Of a stretch of 54,956 nucleotides of DNA, positions 1 to 9,053 are shown piece by piece. This DNA is from Clostridia bacterium (GTDB lineage: Bacteria; Bacillota; Clostridia; Christensenellales; Aristaeellaceae). The position numbers and the translations under genes are program-made. The stretch's first letter is position 1, and each line of letters opens with the position of its first letter. The DNA lies in assembly GCA_030535375.1 (NCBI GenBank), contig JAUNJB010000003.1, forward strand, positions 1-54,956, written 5' to 3'. A model generated the notes under the pieces. It was not told where the DNA came from. It did not search any database and saw only the letters and a program-made list of their open reading frames with translations.

Positions 1-455
1 ACGATGCGCTCCAACTGGGTGTGGAGTTCCCGATGCCGGTGGATGATGGGGCGAAAACAGTATTGGAATATTCGCAAGAATATGATTCTTTTGATAAAGC
101 ATATGACGATTTGCATTCTCCACTTGTATGTGTGGATGAAACAATGGGATTGAATCTTACAAAGTTGGAGGCGAGAAAGTCTGGAGAAAATATGTATGAG
201 ATTGTTATTGAATACAAGAACCATTCAGAATTGTTCAGTATAATTATGTCAACATTAAATGATGAGACAACATTAGCTGCTTTAGAAGATGAATCAGACA
301 CTTTACAAACTACAATAGGAGAAATAATAGTATGGCAATCGAGTGATGAATGTAGAGGGATTGCTGTGGAAAATGGATATTTATTCAGAATACGCGGGGA
401 AATGAAATACGACAGATTTATCGATATATGCAAAAATCTTAAGTTTTTTAATTAA
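1..455 (+). CDS. hypothetical protein, 3' part of a gene that probably starts left of the window
   Basis: The frame of ORF 21..455 stays open back to nt 3, so the gene is probably cut by the window edge. It is visibly AT-rich versus the backbone. The C-terminal ...IIVWQSSDECRGIAVENGYLFRIRGEMKYDRFIDICKNL loosely recalls DUF4367-type C-termini (memory only, unverified). Confidence 0.45.
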   Translation, partial: DALQLGVEFPMPVDDGAKTVLEYSQEYDSFDKAYDDLHSPLVCVDETMGLNLTKLEARKSGENMYEIVIEYKNHSELFSIIMSTLNDETTLAALEDESDTLQTTIGEIIVWQSSDECRGIAVENGYLFRIRGEMKYDRFIDICKNLKFFN

Positions 456-918
456 CATAGACGCTTTTTGTAGTTGAAGTAACAGCGGAAGAAGAGCCGG
501 TAATCGAAGCGCTATGGTAGACAGATAAGCGATAATAGTAGCCAGATTCGACAGTAACTGATTTAGAAACAGAATAAGATGAAGTATTATATCCATAAAA
601 ACCAATAGTATAATATTTATTCCATTTATTGTCTTTCCAACGCTGAACGGTTATTGTGCCACCAATATCAGATGCTTTTTGATTGGTTTCAGTGGTCGCG
701 GTTGCCTTTATTGAGGTTGAAGATTCTTTGGAGATGCCGGAAGAAACATAATTGATTTTAAAATCATCATCCCTCAGCGGATTATACCACTCTGTTTCCG
801 CGCAATTCGGGTTCTCCGAAATCTCGCTTGCGGGGGGCACGTCGTCAGCCAATGCGCTCACGCAGACGAGCGTCATCAGCAGGGTGAGAAGCAGCGCGAT
901 AGAAAAATACTTCTTCAT
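448..918 (-). CDS. small secreted protein of unknown function
   Basis: Lies inside ORF 448..957. The internal ATG at 918 is preceded by AAAGGAGAG with a 10-nt spacer. It gives MKKYFSIALLLTLLMTLVCVSALA/DD..., a Sec-type signal peptide. The mature part is S/T/Y-rich. The gene is AT-rich and its 3' end overlaps the convergent ORF 1..455 by 8 nt. Confidence 0.6.
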   Translation of the reverse strand: MKKYFSIALLLTLLMTLVCVSALADDVPPASEISENPNCAETEWYNPLRDDDFKINYVSSGISKESSTSIKATATTETNQKASDIGGTITVQRWKDNKWNKYYTIGFYGYNTSSYSVSKSVTVESGYYYRLSVYHSASITGSSSAVTSTTKSVYVN

Positions 919-1019
919 AATAAAAACACTCTCCTTTTTGATTGGTTCAACCATCATAAGTTAGAGTGTTTTTTGTTTTGCTTTGGTGCGGAATGAAGGT
1001 GAGCGAAGAATATTTTTAA

Positions 1020-2834
1020 TTACTTGCTGGGCGCGAGCACATGGCGGATTTCAAAGCCCTTTGACAGGTTGCCGCCAAGCTTGAGCTGGCCGCTGAGGTA
1101 GAGCTTGTCCGTGGTGACGATGCCGCGCGCCATATCCAGCAGATTGTCAAAGCTGCAATCCACATATGCATCCGCGTGCTTGTGCGCGGTGGGCTCAATG
1201 TGCAGCTCGCCATTTTCAAAGCGCACGTGCATCGTGCCCGCGCCGCGCCCGGAGATGTGAATCTGCACGATGAGATGATAGCTGGCGCGCACCTGCGCGG
1301 CATGATTGACCTTGTTGACGCGGTCGTTCTTCTCGTAGGCGTGCTTGAGCTGGGCGAACGCTTCCTCGAACGTGAGATCACCCACCATGCCGCCGTCGGA
1401 GATCTCGTCGTACATGCGGTTGTACTGCTGGGCGCTCTTCTTCCAGGAGAAATCCTTCGTCATGCAGCGGCGGCGCAGCTTGTCGAACATCGCTTCGTCG
1501 GCGAAATACAGCTTGACGGCCTCCTGGATGGCGAGATAGAGATCCTTTGCCTGATAATCGGAGAACGCGAAGCCGTCGCCGATGCCGTCAAAATCCTTAT
1601 AAGCGCGCACGGAATCCTTGAGGCCGCCCGTTTCGTGAACGATGGGCACGGTGCCGTAACGCATGGCCATCATCTGGGACAGGCCGCAGGGCTCAAAGCG
1701 GGAGGGCATCAGATACATATCCGCGCCGGCGAAGATGGCGCTGGCCATCGGCTCGTTGTAATCGCTTGAAAAGCCGAGCTGACCGGGCCAATTCTCCTTT
1801 GCCCAGTTGAAGTATTCGATGTACTGCGGGTCCCCCTGGCCAAAGACGATCAGCTGAACGCCCATGTCCATCAGCTGCGGGAGAATCTGCTTGATCAGCT
1901 CGATGCCCTTTTGCTCGACAAGGCGCGCGACGGAGGCCAGCAGCGGCCATTCCGCCTCCTGGCTCAGGCCGAAAAGACGCTGGATCTCGCGCTTGCACTT
2001 GGCCTTGCCGGATCGATCGTCCGCGGTGAAGTGATAGGGGATCAGCGGATCATGCTCGGGATCGTAGTGCTTTTCATCGATGCCGTTGAGGATGCCGTAG
2101 AGCTTGTTGTCCACCAGATCCACCACGCCCTGCAGGCCGTGCGCATAGTAGGGATAGTGCAGCTCGCGGGCATATGTCGGGGAAACGGTGGAGACGGCGT
2201 CGGCCATCAGCATGGCGCCCTTCATCAGGTTGATATCGTGGCGCCCCTCGAATTCATAGCCCAGGCCGCCGTCGTACCAGCCCTGCGGCAGGGCAAAGGT
2301 GCCGGTCAGCTCGCTTGCGCCGAACTGGCCCTGATAGGCGATGTTGTGGATGGTGTACACGGTTTTGATGGGCTTGAGCTCGGGACGGACGACCTGCTCG
2401 TTCTTGAGATAGATGATTGCCAGGGCGGTTTCCCAATCGTTGCAATGCAGTATCTGCGGAAGCGGGCCCAGCTCATGGAGCAGGTCGATCACGGCGCGGC
2501 AGAAAAACGCAAAGCGAAGTGCGTCGTCGCCATAGCCGTAGAGGCGCGGGCGATGGAAGAAATGCTCGTTCTCGATGAACCAGACGGTCACGCCGTTGAG
2601 CTCGCCGCGGTAGAGGCCGCATTCAAGCCTGCGCTCTCCCAGCGCGATGGTGGTCTTCTTCACCGGAACGATCCCGTCGCCGTGGTTTTCGCGGGTGCAC
2701 TGATACAGCGGGGTGATGATCGAGATATCGTCCCCGCCCTGCTTGAGCGCGGGAGGCAGGGAGAATGCCACGTCCGCCAGGCCGCCGGATTTGCTGAAGG
2801 GCGCGCATTCGCTCGTAACAAACAGGATGTTCAT
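1020..2834 (-). CDS. glgA: glycogen (starch) synthase GlgA with a C-terminal SCP2-like extension
   Basis: MNILFVTSECAPFSKSGGLADV is the GT5 N-terminal signature, and the catalytic body is full length up to ...KDFSWKKSAQQYNRMYDEI. About 125 further residues end in ADAYVDCSFDNLLDMARGIVTTDKLYLSGQLKLGGNLSKGFEI (SCP2-like). The start was moved to the ATG at 2834, which has AAAGGAG upstream. Confidence 0.9.
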   Translation of the reverse strand: MNILFVTSECAPFSKSGGLADVAFSLPPALKQGGDDISIITPLYQCTRENHGDGIVPVKKTTIALGERRLECGLYRGELNGVTVWFIENEHFFHRPRLYGYGDDALRFAFFCRAVIDLLHELGPLPQILHCNDWETALAIIYLKNEQVVRPELKPIKTVYTIHNIAYQGQFGASELTGTFALPQGWYDGGLGYEFEGRHDINLMKGAMLMADAVSTVSPTYARELHYPYYAHGLQGVVDLVDNKLYGILNGIDEKHYDPEHDPLIPYHFTADDRSGKAKCKREIQRLFGLSQEAEWPLLASVARLVEQKGIELIKQILPQLMDMGVQLIVFGQGDPQYIEYFNWAKENWPGQLGFSSDYNEPMASAIFAGADMYLMPSRFEPCGLSQMMAMRYGTVPIVHETGGLKDSVRAYKDFDGIGDGFAFSDYQAKDLYLAIQEAVKLYFADEAMFDKLRRRCMTKDFSWKKSAQQYNRMYDEISDGGMVGDLTFEEAFAQLKHAYEKNDRVNKVNHAAQVRASYHLIVQIHISGRGAGTMHVRFENGELHIEPTAHKHADAYVDCSFDNLLDMARGIVTTDKLYLSGQLKLGGNLSKGFEIRHVLAPSK

Positions 2835-2906
2835 GGGAAGGTCTCCTTTCATGTGTGCACTATGTCATCCGTGGAGCGTGCGTCGTCCTCTCCACGATGG
2901 GATTGC

Positions 2907-4085
2907 TCAATGAGACTGTGTAAAATCGAGGATCGCCTTTGCCGCGCAGGCGCTGCCGCCCGTCTCGCGCATCTGCCGCGCGTGAAGCTGTGCGTTCTCC
3001 CGGTAATGCGGCTCGCGCATCAGGCGCGTGAGCGCATCGCGCAGGGAACTCTCCGTGACCTCCGCGCGCAGCATGCTGGTGCTCGCCACGCCCAGACGGA
3101 CCATCTGCCGGGCGGTGAGCATCTGCTCGTCCATCTGCGGGATGCAGACGCAGGGCACGCCGTAGTACAGCGCCTCCATCGCGCTGCCCGTGCCCGCGTG
3201 CGTGATGAAGTAATCCGCGTGCGCAAGCACGTCGAGCTGCGGCACGAAGGGAAGAAGCTCCACATTCGGGGGGATATCGCCTAAATCCGCGGGGGTGAGC
3301 GCCTGCCCGATGGAGCAGAGCACGTGAAGATCCATCTCGCGCACGATGGGAAAGAGCATCCGGTAAAATTCCGGCCAGTTGTTGAACAGCGATCCCAGCG
3401 ACGTGTAGAGCAGCGGCCTGCCATCCGTAGGGGGCTGCCAGGTGCCATGCTCCGGCCGGGTGCCGATCTGCGCGCCGGCAAAGAGAAAATTGTCCCCGAA
3501 TGTTTCGCCGGCGGGCTGAATGGCGCGGGTGAGCGTGGAGATATTGAAATCGCCGATACCCTCAAAAATTTCGTAGATATCCAGGTGCCTGACGCCGTAA
3601 TCGCGGCTGAAACGCTCCGCGATGCGCCTGGCCTGCGCGCGCGCCGGGTGAGCGTCGGTATACTCGGGCCAGAATCGGCAGATGGAAAACTTTTCGCACG
3701 GCGCAAAGCTTGTGAATACCATGATCAGCGGCAGATGCAGCCTGGCCGCCGCCAGACGCCCGGCCAGCGCCAGCTCGTCGCAGATGACCACGTCGGGAGG
3801 ATCGCGCTGGGCTTCTGCGAGGATGGTATCGATGACGCCGTCCGCCTCGCCCAGAAAGACGAGCGGAAGGCCGGCGATAAAGTCCTGATCGCAGTCGATG
3901 CTTTTTTCCTTTGCCGCGACCGCGGGGATCGGGCAGAAGCTCGCGCCCGCCGTTTCCACCTGTGCGCGGAATGGCTCAGGGGCGAAGTACGTCACCTGCG
4001 CGCCGTGCGCAGAGAGCTCCTCTACCATCGGCAGGGAGGCCAGCACGTGCCCTGCGGCCCCGACGGGGATGTAGATTGCCTTCAT
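2907..4085 (-). CDS. GT1-family glycosyltransferase (MGT/UDP-glycosyltransferase type)
   Basis: MKAIYIPVGAAGHVLASLPMVEEL... N-terminal acceptor domain, and C-terminal ...FITHAGTGSAMEALYYGVPCVCIPQMDEQ nucleotide-sugar binding motif. Confidence 0.8.
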   Translation of the reverse strand: MKAIYIPVGAAGHVLASLPMVEELSAHGAQVTYFAPEPFRAQVETAGASFCPIPAVAAKEKSIDCDQDFIAGLPLVFLGEADGVIDTILAEAQRDPPDVVICDELALAGRLAAARLHLPLIMVFTSFAPCEKFSICRFWPEYTDAHPARAQARRIAERFSRDYGVRHLDIYEIFEGIGDFNISTLTRAIQPAGETFGDNFLFAGAQIGTRPEHGTWQPPTDGRPLLYTSLGSLFNNWPEFYRMLFPIVREMDLHVLCSIGQALTPADLGDIPPNVELLPFVPQLDVLAHADYFITHAGTGSAMEALYYGVPCVCIPQMDEQMLTARQMVRLGVASTSMLRAEVTESSLRDALTRLMREPHYRENAQLHARQMRETGGSACAAKAILDFTQSH

Positions 4086-4130
4086 CGCTGCATCGCTCCT
4101 GTCCGTGCTTATTCAGACGTTACTACCAAT

Positions 4131-4159
4131 ATTTTAAAGAGAAGTCGGGGAAAAGTCAA
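4131..4159 (-). promoter_or_regulatory. sigma-A-type promoter candidate for the GT1 gene
   Basis: The minus strand reads TTGACT-17 nt-TAAAAT (rc at 4154..4159 and 4131..4136), about 45 nt upstream of the start codon. Confidence 0.55.
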
Positions 4160-4354
4160 CAACCGGAGGAAAAACCGTGTGCAGAAGTTTTGGAGGAATA
4201 CCAAAACGATGGCGTGCGGAAATTGCCGGATAAAAAAGAGGCGCATGCCCGTGCGCCCGGAAACGGAAAAAAGGCCGTCATCCTCCGGAGGGAAAAACCT
4301 CTGAATCAATCGCGGTGCAGACACCTGCTTTGCTGCGGATGAAGCGTGCGCCCA

Positions 4355-4398
4355 TGAAAATAAGCCGGGATGAAGCGCAAGGGCGCGTTCATCCCGGC
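4355..4398 (-). terminator. intrinsic terminator downstream of ldh
   Basis: GCCGGGATGAA...TTCATCCCGGC stem. On the minus strand it is followed by TTATTTTC, and it sits directly after the ldh stop. Confidence 0.65.
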
Positions 4399-4412
4399 CG
4401 TATTTTGGAATT

Positions 4413-5450
4413 TTATGATGGCAGAGGCCCTATGGCCGCCGGATTGGTGTGCTGCGGCGGGAAGCCGCCCAGCCAGCCCTTGCTGGTGGCGGTGGCGGAG
4501 CCAAAGTCGATATCCTTGATCACGCTGCGCAGATAATCGTCGCAGGCGCGCATGCCGCGTTCTCCGTCCTCGTCAAGGGGCAGGGTGAGGATGCGGTTCA
4601 CGCCGTTTTCACCGAGCACGCAGGGCAGGCTCATCGCCACATCGCGCAGGCCGTATTCGCCGTCCGGAATGACGGAGAGCGGCAGCACGGCGTGCGCGTC
4701 AAACAGGATGGCGCTGACCACGCGGCAGGTCGTCAGGGCGATTCCGGAGGATGTGTAGCCCTTGAGCTCGATGATATCCAGGCCGCTGGCCTTGACGTCG
4801 CGGATCAGCTGCTCGCGGTCGACGGGCTGTGTGAGCTCGAATTGCTGCTCGAAGCGGTCGAACGGCAGGCCGCCGATGTTGACCGTGTTCCAGGGGATGA
4901 AAGCGGTGCCGCCGTGTTCGCCCAGCACGAAGCCGGTGATGCTCTTGGCATCCACGCCGAGCAGATCGGCGAGCATCTTGTTGAAGCGCGCCGTGTCCAG
5001 CAGCGTGCCGGTGGAGAACATCCTCGGATAGTCATATTTGCGGATGCAGTAATAGGTGAGGATGTCAACCGGGTTGGTGACGTTGATGAGGATGGCGTCG
5101 CGCGTATAGCGGGTGATGGAGTCCATGATGGAGGAGATCACCTGCAGGTTGGTCTGCAGCAGCTGCATGCGGTCGCGCGTGTCGCCGGGCTTGATGGATG
5201 GGCCGGCGGTGTTGATGATGATCTGCGCGTCAGCACAGTCAGGATAGTCGCCGACCCTGATGGAGCAGCCCGCATTGTAGGAGAAGGCCAGCGTGTGGCT
5301 GGCATCCAGCGCCTCGCCGAGCGCCTGATCACGGTCGATGTTGATGAGCACGATTTCCTGCGCCAGGTTCATGCCCAGAAGCGAATTGAGAATGGCGCTG
5401 CCGACGTGGCCCGCGCCGATGATGACGATTTTTCCCCGCTTGATAGCCAT
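4413..5450 (-). CDS. ldh: L-lactate dehydrogenase (LDH/MDH superfamily)
   Basis: MAIKRGKIVIIGAGHVGSA Rossmann motif, and ...DQALGEALDASH..., ...ITGFVLGEHGGT.... The start was moved to the ATG at 5450, which has GGGAGG upstream. Confidence 0.85.
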   Translation of the reverse strand: MAIKRGKIVIIGAGHVGSAILNSLLGMNLAQEIVLINIDRDQALGEALDASHTLAFSYNAGCSIRVGDYPDCADAQIIINTAGPSIKPGDTRDRMQLLQTNLQVISSIMDSITRYTRDAILINVTNPVDILTYYCIRKYDYPRMFSTGTLLDTARFNKMLADLLGVDAKSITGFVLGEHGGTAFIPWNTVNIGGLPFDRFEQQFELTQPVDREQLIRDVKASGLDIIELKGYTSSGIALTTCRVVSAILFDAHAVLPLSVIPDGEYGLRDVAMSLPCVLGENGVNRILTLPLDEDGERGMRACDDYLRSVIKDIDFGSATATSKGWLGGFPPQHTNPAAIGPLPS

Positions 5451-5531
5451 GTGAATGCCTCCCTGAGTGGATTTCACAGCTCAGTATGGACATTGCGCGC
5501 AAAAAAATATCGCAAGGGCGAAGAAAAACGG

Positions 5532-5560
5532 TTGGAAAATTCCTGAAATCGCGATATACT
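5532..5560 (+). promoter_or_regulatory. sigma-A-type promoter candidate for asnA
   Basis: TTGGAA-17 nt-TATACT, about 45 nt upstream of the asnA ATG. Confidence 0.55.
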
Positions 5561-5603
5561 GTTGAACAGATTGCGAGTTTTTTGAAAGAAGAGGCGAGTT
5601 TTT

Positions 5604-6617
5604 ATGAGCGCATCGTTTATTCCCGAGGGCTATGCACCGCATCTGTCGCTGTATCAGACGCAGAGTGCCATCAGCCTGATCAAGAGGGTGTTCCAGGATT
5701 CCCTGGCCAGGACGCTGAATCTCAAGCGCGTATCCGCGCCGCTGTTTGTGGAGCCGTCCTCCGGCCTCAACGACGATCTCAATGGCGTTGAGCGTCCTGT
5801 CAGCTTTGACGTGCCCGGTGCGAAGGCGGAGGCACAGGTCGTCCATTCGCTGGCGAAATGGAAGCGCATGGCGCTCTATCGCTACGACATCAATCCTGGC
5901 AAGGGCATCTATACCGATATGAACGCAATCCGGCGCGATGAGGAGCTGGATAATCTGCACTCGGTGTACGTCGACCAATGGGATTGGGAGAAGGTCATCA
6001 CCGAGGAGGCGCGCACGCTTTACACGCTGCACGAGGCCGTGCGCGGCATCGTCTCCAGCATCTGCGACACGCAGCTGACCGTGCGCGGCAAGTATCCGCA
6101 GCTGTGCGGCGCGCCGCTGCTCTCCCGCGAGGTGACATGGATCACCGCGCAGGAGCTGGAGGATATGTATCCCGGCATGACGCCCAAGGAGAGGGAGAAC
6201 GCCTTCGTCCGTGAGCATGGCACGGTGTTTATCCAGGGCATCGGCGGCAAGCTGCGCTCCGGCAAGCCGCACGACGGCCGCGCGCCCGACTACGATGACT
6301 GGGAGATGAACGGCGATATTCTGTTCTGGCACCCGGTGCTTTCCTGCGCGCTGGAGATTTCCTCGATGGGCATTCGCGTGAGCCCGGAGTCGCTCGACCG
6401 TCAGCTCACGCTCGCCGGATGCGACGACCGCCGCGCGCTGCCTTTCCACAGGATGCTGCTGGAGGGCAAGCTGCCCCTCACGATGGGAGGAGGCATCGGC
6501 CAGTCCCGTCTGTGCATGCTGCTGCTGGGAAAGGCGCATATTGGCGAGGTGCAGTCCTCCATTTGGGATGAGCAGACCCATCGTGTGTTTGAAAATGCGG
6601 GGATCACGCTGCTGTGA
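5604..6617 (+). CDS. asnA: aspartate--ammonia ligase (asparagine synthetase A)
   Basis: VVHSLAKWKR...HSVYVDQWDWEKV...GGGIGQSRLCMLLL match conserved AsnA blocks. Length is 337 aa. Confidence 0.9.
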   Translation: MSASFIPEGYAPHLSLYQTQSAISLIKRVFQDSLARTLNLKRVSAPLFVEPSSGLNDDLNGVERPVSFDVPGAKAEAQVVHSLAKWKRMALYRYDINPGKGIYTDMNAIRRDEELDNLHSVYVDQWDWEKVITEEARTLYTLHEAVRGIVSSICDTQLTVRGKYPQLCGAPLLSREVTWITAQELEDMYPGMTPKERENAFVREHGTVFIQGIGGKLRSGKPHDGRAPDYDDWEMNGDILFWHPVLSCALEISSMGIRVSPESLDRQLTLAGCDDRRALPFHRMLLEGKLPLTMGGGIGQSRLCMLLLGKAHIGEVQSSIWDEQTHRVFENAGITLL

Positions 6618-6736
6618 GTCCGCGCCCGGGGCGCCGGTAAAAAGCTTTCTCCCTCCGAAGAAGGGAGAAAGCCTTCGGAGCAATAGAAAAAGCAATCCCA
6701 TCAGGAATGGCAACCATGCTTATGTCAATCAAGCAG

Positions 6737-6763
6737 GCAGAGCGGCAAACCGCTCTGCTTTTT
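6737..6763 (+). terminator. intrinsic terminator downstream of asnA
   Basis: GCAGAGCGG-caaa-CCGCTCTGC followed by TTTTT. Confidence 0.7.
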
Positions 6764-6764
6764 G

Positions 6765-6845
6765 CTTTATAGGGAATAGCGTGAAAAACGGCCGCGTTCG
6801 CCCTCACCGGATGAATTGCAGCGATTTTTGGGAGGGATGAGCGGG
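6765..6845 (+). repeat. intergenic repeat, copy A (terminator-proximal element)
   Basis: CTTTATAGGGAATAGCGTGAAAAACGGCCGCGTTCGCCCTCACCGGATGAATTGCAGCGATTTTTGGGAGGG.... By hand count, 52 of 65 core positions are identical (ungapped) to the reverse complement of 11811..11875. Confidence 0.8.
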
Positions 6846-6912
6846 CCTGGCAGGGATTGTTTCTTCTATATATTTGTCATCTTCATGCCGATTGTAATAT
6901 TCGGAAAAAAGC

Positions 6913-7680
6913 TTACTTCCCCAGAATGATTTCCGGTTCCCTGCGCGCGGTACAGGCGCGCCTCAGCTTGCGCCCGGCGATGGAGAGCATCAGCGGATTG
7001 AGTCGGCGGGCGTGCACAGGGCAGACCGCTACGCATCGCATGCAGGTGATGCATTCCTTCTCGTTGGTGAGCGTCGGATCATCGCGCGGGATCGCACTTA
7101 CGGGACAGAGTGTGGCGCACTTGCCGCAGCCGGTGCAGCGCTTGCCGGCCTTGGGATGCAGCGGTACGCCTCCGTAAGGCCGGAGCAGCTCCTTCTCCGG
7201 GAGGCCGACCTCCTCGCGCGTGCCGGTATTCAGCAGATCTGCAATTTGCCCGCCGAATGTGCGAAGCAGCCCGGCATCCATGGCATCGGGCCGGCCGGCG
7301 GCGATGCTGCGGATGATGCTGTGCTCCGCGATGGCGCGCACAGCGGCTACGGGCACCAGGCCGGCAGCGCGGGCCGTGTCGCGGAGCTCGAAGAGGGTGT
7401 CTTCGTCGCTGCGGTTGCCATAGACGGAAAGGAGAACCGCGCGCGCACCGTTGCCCCGCACGGCGGACAGCCGCTCCACGGCGATTTCGGGCACGCGTCC
7501 GCCGAAGGATGGAACGGCGATGAGGCAGATGTCCTCCCGGGAGAACGTGACGCTCCGCTGGCCGTTGAGCGTGAGGGAGAGGTCGACGTATTCGAAATCG
7601 TCTGCAATCGCCCCGGCAAGCAGATTGGCCGCGCGGCGGACGCCGCCGGTTGGGCTGAATAACAAAACCGTATGGCGCAT
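6913..7680 (-). CDS. flavodoxin-like / 2x[4Fe-4S] ferredoxin-domain protein (EFR1-type)
   Basis: N-terminal MRHTVLLFSPTGG flavodoxin-like fold. Two cluster motifs, CTGCGKCATLCP and CITCMRCVAVCP. RBS GAAGGAG is 6 nt upstream. Confidence 0.75.
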   Translation of the reverse strand: MRHTVLLFSPTGGVRRAANLLAGAIADDFEYVDLSLTLNGQRSVTFSREDICLIAVPSFGGRVPEIAVERLSAVRGNGARAVLLSVYGNRSDEDTLFELRDTARAAGLVPVAAVRAIAEHSIIRSIAAGRPDAMDAGLLRTFGGQIADLLNTGTREEVGLPEKELLRPYGGVPLHPKAGKRCTGCGKCATLCPVSAIPRDDPTLTNEKECITCMRCVAVCPVHARRLNPLMLSIAGRKLRRACTARREPEIILGK

Positions 7681-7763
7681 GATGGGCTCCTTCTGGCGAG
7701 AATACGCCCTTTATTGGTTTCGATTATACCACGAATGACGGGTTGTGGCAATGAAGGGCCGCA

Positions 7764-8216
7764 TCAACGGCGCCGGCTTGCGGCGCGGCGTGTCAGCGCG
7801 CGGAAGACGACGGAGGAAACCGCCGCGCCCACGGCGATGGCCGCGACGATTTGTACGGCCTCCATCCCGGAGGAGGCCGCGGCCGCTCCTTTGTCCTCTA
7901 CCAGCGCGAGCATCGCGCAGTAGAAATTATAGCCGGGCACAAGGGGCACCAGCGCGCTGAGCAGGAAGATGGTCGAGGGCATGCGCATCATTCGGGCCTC
8001 GATTTCGCAGATCGCGGAGATCACGACCGTCGCAAAGAAGTAGCTGAAAATCAGGCTCTGTCCGGCAACCCTGTAGAGCATAAAGTAAAGCACATATCCC
8101 AGCAGTGCCGTGAGCGAGGCGGGGAGCACCGTGTTGCGCGGCGCGTTGAGCATATAGGCAAAGCCGACCGTGCCGCCGAACGCGCCCAGTGAGCTGATGA
8201 AAATCTCGCGGATCAC
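7764..8216 (-). CDS. threonine/serine exporter family protein, small subunit (ThrE_2/YjjB-like)
   Basis: 150-aa polytopic membrane protein. Its GTG start overlaps the stop of the upstream ThrE gene (GTGA), the typical two-gene arrangement. Confidence 0.75.
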   Translation of the reverse strand: MIREIFISSLGAFGGTVGFAYMLNAPRNTVLPASLTALLGYVLYFMLYRVAGQSLIFSYFFATVVISAICEIEARMMRMPSTIFLLSALVPLVPGYNFYCAMLALVEDKGAAAASSGMEAVQIVAAIAVGAAVSSVVFRALTRRAASRRR

Positions 8217-8971
8217 AGCATCACACCCCCTAACATCGCGATCAGCTTGAGGCCGACGAAAACCCCAAGCGCGACGGATGCGGCCAGCAGCAGCGCTTCG
8301 ACCGCGCGCGCTATGCCGGAAACCAGGTCACCGTACATCGTATCGCGCACGGCGGTGGTCATCAGCAATCCGGAGAGCAAGGGCATGATGCCGCCGATGA
8401 TCGCCGCGTTGACATTGCCGTATGGCACCAATGCCGCGATGGCCTGAGCGAGAATGGCCGTAAGCAGCCCGCCGGTGAAATTGCCGAAGAGCACGCCCAT
8501 CTCCATCCGGGAGAACAGCGGCTGCACGGCCTGCACCAGCATGCCGATGACAAAGGTTACGGCAAATGTGGCCAGCGTGCCGCCAAAAAGCAGGCAGAAG
8601 GATGCCGCCGCCAGCCCGCATGCCAGGATCAGCGTGGGCTGCGATACGCCTGCGCCCGATGCGATTTGGCGGAGGGCCTGGTCGGCCTGCGCCGCGTCCA
8701 TCCCGCCATGCTCCACACGGCGGGAGATGTCGTTTACCTGCGCCAGGCGTGTGGTATCCGTGCCGCGGCGGCTGATGCGGCGAATTCGCGCGGTGCCGCC
8801 GACCTCCACGAAGATCGATGTCGGGAATGCCGCCACGCTTACGTCCTCAAGTCCGAAGCCCTTGGCCATGCGCAGCACCGTTTCCTCCACGCGGTAGGTT
8901 TCTCCTCCGTTTTCAAGCACAAGCTGCGCCGCCATGCACAGCAGCGCGATCTCGTTTGATGGTTCCTGCAT
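8213..8971 (-). CDS. threonine/serine exporter family protein, large subunit (ThrE/YjjP-like)
   Basis: ...LLCMAAQLVLENGGETYRVEETVLRMAKGFG... is the ThrE N-terminal signature. The ATG at 8971 has GGGAG 7 nt upstream; the ATG at 8977 is the alternative. Confidence 0.8.
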   Translation of the reverse strand: MQEPSNEIALLCMAAQLVLENGGETYRVEETVLRMAKGFGLEDVSVAAFPTSIFVEVGGTARIRRISRRGTDTTRLAQVNDISRRVEHGGMDAAQADQALRQIASGAGVSQPTLILACGLAAASFCLLFGGTLATFAVTFVIGMLVQAVQPLFSRMEMGVLFGNFTGGLLTAILAQAIAALVPYGNVNAAIIGGIMPLLSGLLMTTAVRDTMYGDLVSGIARAVEALLLAASVALGVFVGLKLIAMLGGVML

Positions 8972-9053
8972 AATCATTCTCCCGCTTTTGAATTGACGGA
9001 TAGATTATATGCATTTTATGGGGAATTGTCAACGAGCCGCCCAAGCGGCCGCG

